A stretch of DNA of 64,000 nucleotides from an uncultured Verrucomicrobiae bacterium (lineage in GTDB: Bacteria > Verrucomicrobiota > Verrucomicrobiia > Chthoniobacterales > JAFAMB01), in assembly GCA_963813025.1 (NCBI GenBank), contig CAWEXO010000014.1:320001-384000 (forward strand), read 5' to 3'. The notes beneath the pieces are model-generated. The model did no database searches and was not told where the DNA came from. It was given only the letters and a program-made list of their open reading frames with translations. The translations under genes and the position numbers were made by a program. Of the stretch, positions 20,807 through 31,097 are shown piece by piece. How positions within the stretch are numbered: the first letter of the stretch is position 1; each line of letters starts with the position of its first letter.

Positions 20807-22525
20807 ATGCAGGTGACTATTTACCGTGACAAGCTGATGATCGAGTTCGTCGAGCCTTTCTTTAAATGGGAGGTGTCGACCGGTTTCCGCCTCGCAGAAA
20901 CTGACCAAGGGAGCGAAAGTTTGCTCTACCTCGTGATAGAACGCATTAATCGATTGTCTTAACTGGGTTTCGACGGCCTCAGAGAGCTGTGCCTTCTTTT
21001 CGTCCATTCTTTCCCGGTATTGGCGAAGCGTTTTGCGGCTGCGCATGACGGCATACAGGGTACCAGTAAGGGCCGCCAAACCGGCGATCGTTCCCGTGAC
21101 ATCGAGGATTGCGGTGTGGGTCAGGATCGCAACGATTGTAAAGAAGCCGCCCGCTGCGGCTACGCCGGTCGGTACCCGGAGCCAGCGAGCGGTTTCCCCA
21201 AAAAGATTTTGCAACTGTTCCCGGACCTGGGCATCGGACATTTGCTCCACCAGTGTCAACTCAACGCGCTGCAGGATAGACTCGCGCTCGGAGAGAAATT
21301 GAGGGACCGCCCCGCGCACTTGCGCCCGGGCCGCCGGACCGAACTGAGCTTGGACGCGCTCCTGAAGATCCTGCCAAACGCCGCGCAGATCAGACTCCAG
21401 TAGAGACAAAGCATGCTCGATCTGCGCCTGCACCTTCGTCTTTACATCCGCCTCAACCTGCTCCTGAAAGTCCTTTTCCCAGCGGCCGCCCAGGAAGATC
21501 ATTTTAAAGGTTTGGCCCACTGTCAAGCGCTCCTGCAACAGCTTTTCGCCGCGTTCGCGACACGCGTCATAGGCTTTCTCCATCTCGCGGACAAAACCGT
21601 TGATCTGGCGAAGCGTCTGTTCCTTTCGTGCGCCCAAGGAACCGCGGATGGTGGCCAGCTTCTGTTGGTCGGCCAGGAGCACAGCCAGGGAGCTGAGGAC
21701 CTGCGACCGGAGATTGTTCAAAATCACCTGCGCGGTTCCGGCTACTGAGCGGATTTTTCCTCCGCGTTCGGCACTTTCAGTGACTGTAGTCGAAATCCAG
21801 TCTTCCAAAGGGCCAAAGTTGCTCTCCGCCCAGAGGCTGGTCGCTGCTGGTTCGCCTTTGACCTTTGCTTGGAATGCCTTTTTGGCGGAGACGGCAAAGA
21901 TCGGAGAGCTGGTACCCAAAATATGCAAGACAGTCTGCTCCAGGTGCTGCTCGACCGTGGCAACCTCGGCGGGACTGCGGAGGTCAGCCTGTTGCAGCAC
22001 GAACACGATGTTTTTCTTCCATTTGTTCCCGAGCAGCCGCAGAAAATTCCAGGCCGATTCGGCCCAGGGATTCGTGATGGAGAAGACAAAGACGATGAGG
22101 TCAGCGACGGGGATGTACCGTTCGGTGATCTCCTGGTGATTGGCAACAATCGTATTGGTGCCCGGCGTATCTACAATGTTGAAGTCGGTGAGAAATTCGA
22201 TCGGCCGGTAGCGTTCGACAATGTGTTCCGAGAGGGGCACATCCTTTTCGGTCTCGGCATATTTGAAGACGTAAATGCGGTCGGTTGCCGGGAGTACGTC
22301 CACCCGGGAGAACTCCTGGCCAAAGAGAGCATTGAGCAATGACGATTTTCCAGACTTCACCTCGCCAACCACGACAAAAAGCAAAGGCTGGTTCAGAGTC
22401 AGGAGCAGTTGTTGGAGTTGTTCGATCGTCTCGGCCGGTGCGCCCAGTTGGCGTGCCAAAGTGAGGAGAGACCCGAGTACGGACCCAACCTGGGAACGCA
22501 ACTCCAGATATTTCTCTCCGACCAT
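20804..22525 (-). CDS. Dynamin-like GTPase
   Basis: GEVKSGKSS, DTPGTN, helical stalk with hydrophobic paddle segment. Confidence 0.85.
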   Translation of the reverse strand: MVGEKYLELRSQVGSVLGSLLTLARQLGAPAETIEQLQQLLLTLNQPLLFVVVGEVKSGKSSLLNALFGQEFSRVDVLPATDRIYVFKYAETEKDVPLSEHIVERYRPIEFLTDFNIVDTPGTNTIVANHQEITERYIPVADLIVFVFSITNPWAESAWNFLRLLGNKWKKNIVFVLQQADLRSPAEVATVEQHLEQTVLHILGTSSPIFAVSAKKAFQAKVKGEPAATSLWAESNFGPLEDWISTTVTESAERGGKIRSVAGTAQVILNNLRSQVLSSLAVLLADQQKLATIRGSLGARKEQTLRQINGFVREMEKAYDACRERGEKLLQERLTVGQTFKMIFLGGRWEKDFQEQVEADVKTKVQAQIEHALSLLESDLRGVWQDLQERVQAQFGPAARAQVRGAVPQFLSERESILQRVELTLVEQMSDAQVREQLQNLFGETARWLRVPTGVAAAGGFFTIVAILTHTAILDVTGTIAGLAALTGTLYAVMRSRKTLRQYRERMDEKKAQLSEAVETQLRQSINAFYHEVEQTFAPLVSFCEAETGRHLPFKERLDELDHQLVTVNSHLH

Positions 22526-22570
22526 TCTAAAAACGGTACGCTCAGACGAACGAGTGGCGGTTTCGAGCTT

Positions 22571-23452
22571 TCACGGATTCTGATGAACTCCTGCCGCGCC
22601 GGAAACGGTAGCGGCCACCGGAGCAGGCGTCGGAGCGGTCACCGTCTGTGAGGAATCCAATTTCCCGGACGAGCCCGATTTCTTTGCTGCGGCGGCAGGC
22701 GCGGGTTTGTTCATGGCGAGCAATTGACTCACGGTAACAAACTTGAAGCCTTTGGCGGCTAGAGCCGCAAGAGTGGCCGGCATCGCGTCCACTGTCTGCT
22801 GGTGAATGTCGTGGGAAAGGATGATCGCTCCGGGTCGTGCTCCGCTGAGAATTCTTTGCTCGATCACGGCACCGCCCGGACGCTTCCAATCAAAAGGATC
22901 GACCGACCAAAAGATGATATTCAGCCCGTACTTCTGCTCAATCCATTCGCGTTGCTTCTTGGTCAGCGCGCCATAGGGCGGCCGCATGAGTGTCGGGGTG
23001 AACCCGGTCTCGCTCTTGATCGTGTCCTGAGTCTTGGATATTTCCTGGTTGACCCGGTCGTCGGAAAGCTTGGAAAGCTGGGGGTGCGACCAGGAGTGGT
23101 TGCCGATTTCATTGCCATCAGCCAGAATGCGTCTGACGAGATCGGGGTACCTCTCGGCATTCTGGCCGATCAAGAAAAAAGTCGCTTTGATGTTTCGCTC
23201 TTTCAGGAGGTCGAGTAAGCGCGGAGTTGTTGCCGGGCTCGGACCGTCATCAAAGGTCATCGCGATATAGGGTCCATCGACATGCGCCTGAGAATAAGCA
23301 CCCAGCGGTGTACTGGACGCTTTCGCCGCGACGGCGGTGTCCGTCTTGGGCGGCTCAAGCGTGGAGCTCGGGGTGGCCGGGGTGGTTTGGGTTTGTGCGT
23401 AGGCTCCGGTAAGACCGAGCGTCAGGATGAGGATAGGAAATAAATAACGCAT
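22571..23452 (-). CDS. Secreted polysaccharide deacetylase (CE4)
   Basis: TFDDGP, GNHSWSH, RPPYG, ILSHD. Confidence 0.92.
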   Translation of the reverse strand: MRYLFPILILTLGLTGAYAQTQTTPATPSSTLEPPKTDTAVAAKASSTPLGAYSQAHVDGPYIAMTFDDGPSPATTPRLLDLLKERNIKATFFLIGQNAERYPDLVRRILADGNEIGNHSWSHPQLSKLSDDRVNQEISKTQDTIKSETGFTPTLMRPPYGALTKKQREWIEQKYGLNIIFWSVDPFDWKRPGGAVIEQRILSGARPGAIILSHDIHQQTVDAMPATLAALAAKGFKFVTVSQLLAMNKPAPAAAAKKSGSSGKLDSSQTVTAPTPAPVAATVSGAAGVHQNP

Positions 23453-23456
23453 TGAG

Positions 23457-24326
23457 TTAAAGAAAACGTTCCAGCAGTGGTTTTAACTTTTCAACCGTAG
23501 CATTTGGCCAAAGCTTTCGGCTCGTGACCAGTGCCGAGTCAAGTACACGGTGTTCGGGCCACGTCGGAGACACCGGAATTCGCGCAACAACATGAGGAAG
23601 GATTTTTCGAGCCGCTTCAGCATTGGTTGTCAAGTGCTCGATAACGGTTTGCGCGTTTACGGGCTCGTCTTCGGCTCTCCAGCAGTCGTAATCCGTCACG
23701 AAATTCATTGAGGCAAGTGAAATCTCGGCTTCACGGGCCAACTTGGCTTCCGGGAGATTGGTCATTCCGACAATGTCAAATCCCTGATTGCGGTAAAAGA
23801 GGGATTCGGCTCGGGTCGAGAAAGCCGGCCCATCCATATTGACGTAAGTCCCGCCATTCTGGACGGGAAAGCCAAGGCGAGTCGCCTCTTCAGCGATGAT
23901 CTGTCGGAGGAGTGCGCTGACCGGTTCCGCGAAACTGATGTGGGCAACAATCCCTTGACCGAAGAAAGTCCACTCCGCGCGCCGGCTCGTGCGATCGAAG
24001 AATTGCGACGGCAGCACGATATGACAGGGCGGATATTGCTCTTGCAGACTTCCGACAGCCCCGACCGAGATAATCCAGCGGACATTCAGCGAGCGCAGAG
24101 CATAAATATTTGCCCGATGATTGATTTCGGTTGGCAGGATCCGGTGGCCTCGTCCATGTCGTGGCAGAAAATAGATACGGCGTTTGCCGAGAAGTCCGCT
24201 CATCAGGTGGTCCGAAGGCTGTCCAAAGGGGGTTTCTACCGACAGCTCTTTCGCCGCTTCCAAGCCTTCGATCTGATAAAGCCCGCTTCCTCCGATGACA
24301 CCGATCGCGAATTCTTGTTCACTCAT
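23457..24326 (-). CDS. mtnP: S-methyl-5'-thioadenosine phosphorylase
   Basis: IGGSGLY, PRHGRGH, GPAFSTRAES, GMTNLPEAKLAREA, TDYDCW. Confidence 0.95.
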   Translation of the reverse strand: MSEQEFAIGVIGGSGLYQIEGLEAAKELSVETPFGQPSDHLMSGLLGKRRIYFLPRHGRGHRILPTEINHRANIYALRSLNVRWIISVGAVGSLQEQYPPCHIVLPSQFFDRTSRRAEWTFFGQGIVAHISFAEPVSALLRQIIAEEATRLGFPVQNGGTYVNMDGPAFSTRAESLFYRNQGFDIVGMTNLPEAKLAREAEISLASMNFVTDYDCWRAEDEPVNAQTVIEHLTTNAEAARKILPHVVARIPVSPTWPEHRVLDSALVTSRKLWPNATVEKLKPLLERFL

Positions 24327-24425
24327 TGAAAAAGGAATGTTAGGTGAAAGGGTGAGTGGGAGCTAGTTCAGAACTGCGCAACGTGTCTCTGGCTCGGTAC
24401 TGGCAGGGGCGTGAGCGGCATGAAC

Positions 24426-24713
24426 GTAGCGCCGACGGCCCGTCGGTACTCCGGCGAACACGCCCAAGAAATCGCGCGATCCACTCGATCCGGTGATGCT
24501 CAAGGCCATCACTACGAAACTATCCAAGAAATATTGACAGCCTCGTGCGCCGTTGAGATCGACAGATTGCGCCACTTGCTGGGGATCTCGCCCCGGTGTA
24601 CTGACGTGGCCGTCGGCACTACGTAATGTCCCACGCAAGGCCTGATGCGTCGTAGATGAATCGAGGGATCCCGCAAACGTCGAAGTCCGACAGGCACGGG
24701 GCCGTCCGCGCCA
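24426..24713. repeat. GTAG REP pair (REPIN-like) and a related unit
   Basis: 24426-24449 and inverted 24598-24622; gtccgacaggcacggggccgtccgcgc at ~24685. Confidence 0.75.
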
Positions 24714-24781
24714 GGCTCATGCCGCTTCGCCCTGTCGGCACCGGGCCCTGAGTACCAAACGCCAGTTCCTTGCACGAGTCA

Positions 24782-26110
24782 CTAATCAGCGGGTATTTGT
24801 GAACCCCGGCGAGCGTGGTTGGACAGGAGCTGTTCCAAAGCCCGGCAAGCGGAATCAACGCCGTTTTCTCCCGCGATTTGCCGAGCGATGGCACGGGCTC
24901 GATTGAGCGTGCTCTCATTGCACAGGAGCGTTCGCAACGCGATAAGCGCCGCCCGGGCGCTGTAACGAGCTCGCGGCACCACCTGACCGACACCCAAACG
25001 AGCTAACCGGGCTGCGTTATCGGGTTGGTCGAAGTTGAAGGGGACGACCAGACTGGGGACCCCAGCTCTTAACTGCTGCGCGGTAGTGCCGACGCCACCC
25101 TGGTGGACGATGGCGGCCGCGCGTCGGAATACCGCGAAGTAGGGAGCATAGTCAATGGCAGCAACTCCCTCGGGCAATGGCTCGGGCAGGCCCCTGCGGT
25201 TCGCCGGCTCTTCGCCAAGCAGCAGCAAAGCGCGCCGGCCCAGAGCTTGGGCGGCGGTGATACTCTCGACGTAGAAGTCTGCTGCCGCATTGACAGCCGT
25301 TGAGCCCAGGGTGAAAACGATGGGTGGGGGGCCCTTGTCCAGAAAACGGGCGAGTGCTGGATTCGGTTCCAGCGAACCGCTTTCGTCGCGATCGTAGAAG
25401 CTGAAGCCGGTCTGGCGAGTCTGTGCCGGCCAGTCGGGCTGCGGGGTGCCCAGCACGGGAGAGAACATCGCAAGCACCAGAGCCCGTGCGTGCTGCCCCT
25501 CGTAGAGCGGGTCGGCACGCGTTGGACTCAAGCCCAATGCACGTCGCAAATCGGCAATGGGTCGGCACCAGCTCCGGGTCATGTACTTCGCGGCGGCGCG
25601 CAAACCGCGGCCCCACCAGGGACGCAAGAATTTTGGACCGCGGCAAAATCCAGCCGGCAAGCCGAGAAGAACCGGCGGGTCAAAGGCCGAGAAGAAGGCC
25701 ATCGGAGCGAGCATTGTGGAGACCCAGGGGACACCTAGCTTCTCAGCCACGAGGGGTGCCGCAAAAACGACCGGGTTGCTGACCAGCAGCTCGGCTTCGT
25801 GCTGTGTGGCAATCCTCTGCAGGTCAGCATAGGTGTCACGGACGGACGGGATGATCAGGTCGCGGAAGGTAAACTCTGGTCCCTTTTTGGGATCGAGAAT
25901 GCGGGCATAGAGTCCGCTGTCGACCAGCGGCGGCGCCGGGCGCAGCGACTCAAAGGCAAGTCCGGCTGCTTCGACTCGGGCTCTATAGCAGGTTGGGGCA
26001 GCGACTATGGGCAAGTGTCCCCGTTCCTGCAAGCCCAAGGCTAACGCTATGTAGGGATGCAGGTCGCCCAGCGAACCGATGGTTGCGATAACAAGGCGTT
26101 TGCAGGACAT
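24782..26110 (-). CDS. GT1/GT28-like UDP-glycosyltransferase
   Basis: GSLGDLHP, FTLGS, VHQGGVGT, PFNFDQPDNA. Confidence 0.88.
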   Translation of the reverse strand: MSCKRLVIATIGSLGDLHPYIALALGLQERGHLPIVAAPTCYRARVEAAGLAFESLRPAPPLVDSGLYARILDPKKGPEFTFRDLIIPSVRDTYADLQRIATQHEAELLVSNPVVFAAPLVAEKLGVPWVSTMLAPMAFFSAFDPPVLLGLPAGFCRGPKFLRPWWGRGLRAAAKYMTRSWCRPIADLRRALGLSPTRADPLYEGQHARALVLAMFSPVLGTPQPDWPAQTRQTGFSFYDRDESGSLEPNPALARFLDKGPPPIVFTLGSTAVNAAADFYVESITAAQALGRRALLLLGEEPANRRGLPEPLPEGVAAIDYAPYFAVFRRAAAIVHQGGVGTTAQQLRAGVPSLVVPFNFDQPDNAARLARLGVGQVVPRARYSARAALIALRTLLCNESTLNRARAIARQIAGENGVDSACRALEQLLSNHARRGSQIPAD

Positions 26111-26162
26111 GCGGATACGCTTTCTACGGTTGTAGACACTAAGATAGTGCCCATTGGCAGCC

Positions 26163-26345
26163 TAGTGCGCCGTCTCATATATAACGATGACGTTGCGGCA
26201 GGTCAGCTGGCTGTTTTTCAAGGCGCGGTCCGAGCCGGATTGGCAGTAGGAGCGTCCATATCCGGATTCATACGGCTCGGACCGCCTTGCCGGCGGCCCA
26301 TTTTGAACGCAATGACGTCATCGGTATATATGAGACGGTGCACTA
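26163..26345. mobile_element. MITE, short copy of 20476-20806
   Basis: Same terminal inverted repeats; about 150 bp of the interior is missing. Confidence 0.85.
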
Positions 26346-27722
26346 AACCCCGGAAGCCGAAGCAATATTGTATCTCTGGAGCCGCCGGTAATAAGCGCTT
26401 CGGCTGAGTCCGAGAGCTTTTGCGGCCAAATTGGCATCGCCAGCGTAACGAACAAGCGCTCGCCGCAGAAGATAGGCTTCCGCTTCGGCGAGGTTCATTT
26501 CTTCCAGAGCGGTCGTCCTGAAGGCGGGACGAGCAGATTGCAACCAGAGTTGGCTGGCATCGATCTCATTTCCTTTTGTCAGGAGAATGCTCCGCTCGAG
26601 AACATGCCGAAGCTCGCGAATATTTCCGGGCCAGGCATACTGTCGGAGTACCTCGACCGCCTGCGCCGATACCCGGATTCCTGGTTTGCGATACTTGGGG
26701 CCAAGATGCCGGACAATGGTTTGAATCAGCGTTGGCAGATCTTCCAAACGTTCCCGGAGCGGCGGTAGATGAATCTGGATGGTATTCAGTCGAAACAGCA
26801 GGTCTTCGCGAAATTTTCCGAGTTGAATTTCTCGGGCGGGATCGGCGTTGGTCGCACTCAACACCCTTACATCAACCGTTTGCGTTTTCGAGGAGCCGAC
26901 GCGCTCAAACTCGCCAGTCTCAAGGATGCGCAACACTTTGGCCTGCTGTGCTGAACTGAGATTAGCAATTTCATCGAGGAACAGAGTGCCTTGATCGGCC
27001 AGTTCGAAACGGCCAACGCGGTCGGTCCGCGCATCGGTGAAAGCCCCTTTCACATGCCCGAACATTTCACTTTCGAAAAGGCCGTCGGGAATTGCGCCCA
27101 TATTAACGCTGATTAGCGGCCGTCCTGCCCGTGCGGAGAGGCGATGGAGTCGCGTTGCGACCACATTTTTCCCAGTGCCGCTCTCGCCCGTGATCAAGAC
27201 GTTGGCATCCGAGGGCGCGATCTGTTGCACGAGATGGTCAATCCGCTGCATCGCCGGAGACGAACTGACGAAATCAGGCGCTTTCTGGTCCGAGCGCAAT
27301 GCCTCGTTCTCTGCTTCCAACCGACGATTGTCCCGCAAGGTCGTCTTCAACTGGATCTGGGTGCGCAGGATCGAGACCAGCCGTTCATTGTTCCAGGGTT
27401 TTTGTAAAAAGTCCTTCGCACCCATCCGGATCGCGTCGACAGCGAGAGAAATGGAAGCCCACGCGGTCATCACCACCACTGGAAGAGCCGGGTCTTGCCG
27501 CTGCAAGCTCTGCAAAAGCGCGAGGCCTTCCTCACTGGAGGTGTGTTCCCGATCGTAATTCATGTCGATTAAGGCAAGGTCAAAATCATGTTCTGCAACC
27601 AGGGCGAGCGCCTGCTTCGGTGACTCCGCTGAAACCGCTTCAAAATTTTCCGCGGCGCAAACGACCGATAATGCGCGCAGGATTTCGGGCTGATCGTCAA
27701 CGATTAGAATACGGGGGCGCAT
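26343..27722 (-). CDS. Sigma-54-dependent response regulator (REC-AAA-HTH)
   Basis: ILIVDD, GESGTGK, ESEMFGHVKGAFTDA, LFLDEI, WPGNIREL. Confidence 0.93.
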   Translation of the reverse strand: MRPRILIVDDQPEILRALSVVCAAENFEAVSAESPKQALALVAEHDFDLALIDMNYDREHTSSEEGLALLQSLQRQDPALPVVVMTAWASISLAVDAIRMGAKDFLQKPWNNERLVSILRTQIQLKTTLRDNRRLEAENEALRSDQKAPDFVSSSPAMQRIDHLVQQIAPSDANVLITGESGTGKNVVATRLHRLSARAGRPLISVNMGAIPDGLFESEMFGHVKGAFTDARTDRVGRFELADQGTLFLDEIANLSSAQQAKVLRILETGEFERVGSSKTQTVDVRVLSATNADPAREIQLGKFREDLLFRLNTIQIHLPPLRERLEDLPTLIQTIVRHLGPKYRKPGIRVSAQAVEVLRQYAWPGNIRELRHVLERSILLTKGNEIDASQLWLQSARPAFRTTALEEMNLAEAEAYLLRRALVRYAGDANLAAKALGLSRSAYYRRLQRYNIASASGV

Positions 27723-28077
27723 ACAAACAGCTGAGCAGCTGGACAAGCGACAGTCAATCGAGCGGCGGGAGCGGCGGGAGCGGGTTCAGCGGAGGGATCT
27801 AGCGGAAAAGCAATGAGAGCTGATAAACTGATCACCCGCGTGGTAGTACAGTTCCGAAAAATCGATTTACATCCTTTTACATTGTTAAAATTTGATTAGC
27901 CACCAGCTTGCTCGGTCCGCGACATCTACTGGCGCAAATTAACATTCAACCGGACGAGCCCTTTCGAGAACTGAGTTCATCGCAATCGAGGCAAATAAAG
28001 ACAGTGAGCCGGGAGGAAACGGCAGCCCGCGAAAAAGGTCGCGGACACGGAGCTCTAGAGAGTCGAGATGTTTTCGA

Positions 28078-28146
28078 TCAAGAGGCAGCGAGACCCGGAT
28101 CGACGGCGGCTGTGTAGAGCACGAAGAGCAAAGTCACCTTGATCAT
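28078..28146 (-). CDS. Candidate 22-aa hydrophobic peptide MIKVTLLFVLYTAAVDPGLAAS
   Basis: AAGGAGG 8 nt upstream of ATG; no homology evidence. Confidence 0.3.
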   Translation of the reverse strand: MIKVTLLFVLYTAAVDPGLAAS

Positions 28147-28244
28147 TTATCCGGCCTCCTTCCCAGAAGGTGCCCTTTTAAAATCAAGCGAACGAGGAGT
28201 TGCCAACAAGAAAAGCGCTTTTAGGGGGAGATTGTTAGTGCCGC

Positions 28245-28694
28245 TCACTGCATGGCCATCTGTCCGGTTGTCCAGTCGCCCAGCGCGGCTTCTTTCCGCT
28301 TGAGCTTTGTCAGAACCAGAAGAGTTCCGTTCCGCTTATGCAGGTAATCCACTTGATCAAATGCTTGCTTGATCAAGTGTACGCCAAGTCCGCCTGGACG
28401 GAGATGCTCGAGGGTTCTCGGCTGGAACCCGCCGTGGGCCAACCGTTCGCCGTAATCGCGTAAACGGAACCGGACAGAACCGCCCTGCCCGGTCTCCACC
28501 GAAAGACAGATCAGTTTGTCTTCGGCCAGATGATACGCATGCCGAATGATGTTGGTGCAGGCTTCATCGACTCCAAGCACCATCAGATCGATTTCTCGCG
28601 AGGGGAAGGACCGGCTTTCCAAAAATTTTCGAACCCACTGCCGCATCAGCATCAAATTGGCCGGATGACTGGCGAATTCGATCTTCTGTTTCAT
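28245..28694 (-). CDS. Anti-sigma factor kinase (RsbW-like, HATPase_c)
   Basis: DEACTNIIRHAY, DYG, GGLGVHLI. Confidence 0.88.
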   Translation of the reverse strand: MKQKIEFASHPANLMLMRQWVRKFLESRSFPSREIDLMVLGVDEACTNIIRHAYHLAEDKLICLSVETGQGGSVRFRLRDYGERLAHGGFQPRTLEHLRPGGLGVHLIKQAFDQVDYLHKRNGTLLVLTKLKRKEAALGDWTTGQMAMQ

Positions 28695-29965
28695 TTTAAA
28701 CCAAGCGCTAAAATCGTGAGATCATCGTACGGCGGGGCCTCGCCGCGGTGCTCTGCTTCCGTTTTGACAAGCGCATCGACGACCGCCTGAGCATCGGCCA
28801 AGGCCCCGGCTAAGGTCGCTTTTATCTTGTGCAAACCAAGCGGTTGTCGACAGTCGTTGAACGACTCCACCAAACCATCAGTATAGAAAATCGCCTGGTG
28901 TCCAGGCAACAATTTGATTTGATTGGCCGGATAAGTCATTTCACTCTTTATACCCAGGGGTGGTAGAGCCTCAATCCTGGGTTCATTCACTTGACCGTCG
29001 AGCGATCGCAGCAGAGGAGCGTTATGTCCAGCGGCAGCGAATTCCAGTAAGCCAGTCTCGGGAACGATTCGCCCCAGCACAGCGGTTATAAACATCCCAT
29101 GAATCGTCCGACTGCAGAGCCGCGTATTCCAGCGGCCCAAAGCTTCCGCGGGGGAAACTCCGCGATGAGCGATGAGCCGCAGCATGCTGAGCGCTTGCGC
29201 CATCATGAGAGCGGCCGGCATTCCCTTGCCCGAAACATCGCCAAGCACAAAATAGAACTCGCCCGGATTGCGCTCAAAGACATCGTAAAAATCGCCGGCG
29301 ATCTCCCTGGCTGGCCGATAAAAACTCGCGAGTGACAGAAGCTCGGTGGACGGCAAAATATCGGGAAGAAAGGAGTGCTGGATCTCGGTGGCCAAGGTGA
29401 GATCTTTTTCCAACAGGTGACGTTCCCGCTCTCTCTCTATCGCGCGCAGCTTCACGATCGCCGTCCCTACCATGTTGCCGTAGGCTTCAAAGGCTTCCAG
29501 GTCGAGTTTATCAAACTGCCCCTTGTTCAGTGGATTCAAGACTTCCAGGACACCGATCTCCGTTTCACCTTGGAATAGCGGTACACAAAGAATCGAGCGG
29601 GTGACAAACCCCGAGCGCTCGTCCAGTTTGGGATAAAAACGCGGGTCACGATACGCCTCTTCGACCAGGACGCTCTGATGATGATCACGCACCCAACCCG
29701 CAATCCCTTGAGAACGTGGAACGCTCACGCCATTGCTCAGACGTTCTTGTGCCGGACCACGAGCAACCACGAGGTCGAGGTCTCCGCTTGTTTCGTTGAT
29801 CAAAAAGAGCGAACTCGCCTCAGCATGCATAACGCGGGTAGCCACATCCAGAATCGCGGGAATGAGCTCGTTGAAATCAGTAATCGAATTGATCAATCCA
29901 CTGACTTCGACGAGTCCTTTGTAAAAGGAGACGGACCGCTGCAGGTCTTCCACTGTTTGCGTCAT
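28691..29965 (-). CDS. GAF + PP2C/SpoIIE phosphatase (RsbU-like)
   Basis: GAF domain; GDFYD, GDVSGKG, YTDGL, DDLT. Confidence 0.9.
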   Translation of the reverse strand: MTQTVEDLQRSVSFYKGLVEVSGLINSITDFNELIPAILDVATRVMHAEASSLFLINETSGDLDLVVARGPAQERLSNGVSVPRSQGIAGWVRDHHQSVLVEEAYRDPRFYPKLDERSGFVTRSILCVPLFQGETEIGVLEVLNPLNKGQFDKLDLEAFEAYGNMVGTAIVKLRAIERERERHLLEKDLTLATEIQHSFLPDILPSTELLSLASFYRPAREIAGDFYDVFERNPGEFYFVLGDVSGKGMPAALMMAQALSMLRLIAHRGVSPAEALGRWNTRLCSRTIHGMFITAVLGRIVPETGLLEFAAAGHNAPLLRSLDGQVNEPRIEALPPLGIKSEMTYPANQIKLLPGHQAIFYTDGLVESFNDCRQPLGLHKIKATLAGALADAQAVVDALVKTEAEHRGEAPPYDDLTILALGLK

Positions 29966-30097
29966 ACGGCCAACCCAGTTTGCGTTTGTTGTCGTTCTCT
30001 GTAAACCTGGTTTTTTTCTGAGTCGTTTCAGTCAGAACATATTCGTTCTTGTGTTGCATAATCACGCGAAAATATCTAAGAATTATGCGAAGTTCGC

Positions 30098-31087
30098 ATG
30101 AAGCGTTTTGTAAAGGCCTTGTTGCCATTGGTGATCGGAGCCGTGGCTACGAATCTGCTAGCTCAAGAAACGGCTTACAAAGCTCTGCGTGTCGTTGGAC
30201 GAGATCGCGGGGAAAAGGCTCTCGGTCAGATTATCGCGATCAACGGGAAGACGGGTGCGCCGCAACCAACGACCTGGGTTGTTCGTTTGGATGATCCGGC
30301 GGCGCGCGATGGAGTTCGCGAAATCGAGATTACTAATCAGCAGGTCAGCGGAGAACGCGCTCCGTTGATTGGCGGCAATCTGAACGAGCAGCCGATCGAT
30401 CTCACCGATCTGAATGTGGACTCCGGCGCTGCGTTTCAAGTTGCCAATCAGGAAGCCCGTCGTCACCAGGTTGGATTTGATTGGGTTGATTATTCCCTTT
30501 TGCGCGGACCCGGTCAGGCAAAACCGATCTGGCTGCTCGAGCTGAAAGATTCGCAGAAACGCAGGGTAGGGAGCGTCCAAATAGCCGCCGATTCAGGCGC
30601 GGTCATCAGCAGTTCCGGCTGGGTGCCGGGTAGCACGGTCCCGCAAGGTCGTGAACAGGACCTCGCCGGGCCTTTCCAGCAGCCATCGGGCTACACTGAT
30701 CCCGGTCCACCGTCCGATCAGACGCAATCGTCGCCTGAACCAGAGCAGTATCGTGCATCAGATGTGGAACCCTCCTCCGGCCAAACTGTCGGCGAACGCG
30801 CGCGGAGCGTCGGACAGTCGGTCGGCCACTCTGCGGAGCGTTATGGTCAGACGGTTGCTCATTTCGGTGCGCGCGTCTGGGACAAGACGGAGCACGCCGC
30901 CAGAAGAGTCGGCGGTTGGTTTCAAAAACAGTTTACCGGCAGAGACACGCTGAGCCCGTCGTCGGACGACAGCGACAGCGACGACGAAGACAAGAGCAAC
31001 GATCATGACAGCTCAGGCGACCCGTACAGTCGACCCGTTCAACCGACGGATCCAAATGGTCGGCCCGTTCCCTTGCCCGATCGGTAA
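30098..31087 (+). CDS. Secreted hypothetical protein (PepSY-like N-terminus, acidic disordered tail)
   Basis: Signal peptide; long ORF filling the gap between genes. Confidence 0.65.
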   Translation: MKRFVKALLPLVIGAVATNLLAQETAYKALRVVGRDRGEKALGQIIAINGKTGAPQPTTWVVRLDDPAARDGVREIEITNQQVSGERAPLIGGNLNEQPIDLTDLNVDSGAAFQVANQEARRHQVGFDWVDYSLLRGPGQAKPIWLLELKDSQKRRVGSVQIAADSGAVISSSGWVPGSTVPQGREQDLAGPFQQPSGYTDPGPPSDQTQSSPEPEQYRASDVEPSSGQTVGERARSVGQSVGHSAERYGQTVAHFGARVWDKTEHAARRVGGWFQKQFTGRDTLSPSSDDSDSDDEDKSNDHDSSGDPYSRPVQPTDPNGRPVPLPDR

Positions 31088-31097
31088 TGGGAAGGAG

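Noticed and set aside
20804..22525. Dynamin-like gene as an anti-phage system
   Set aside because: It is a single gene in a housekeeping context with no defence neighbours.
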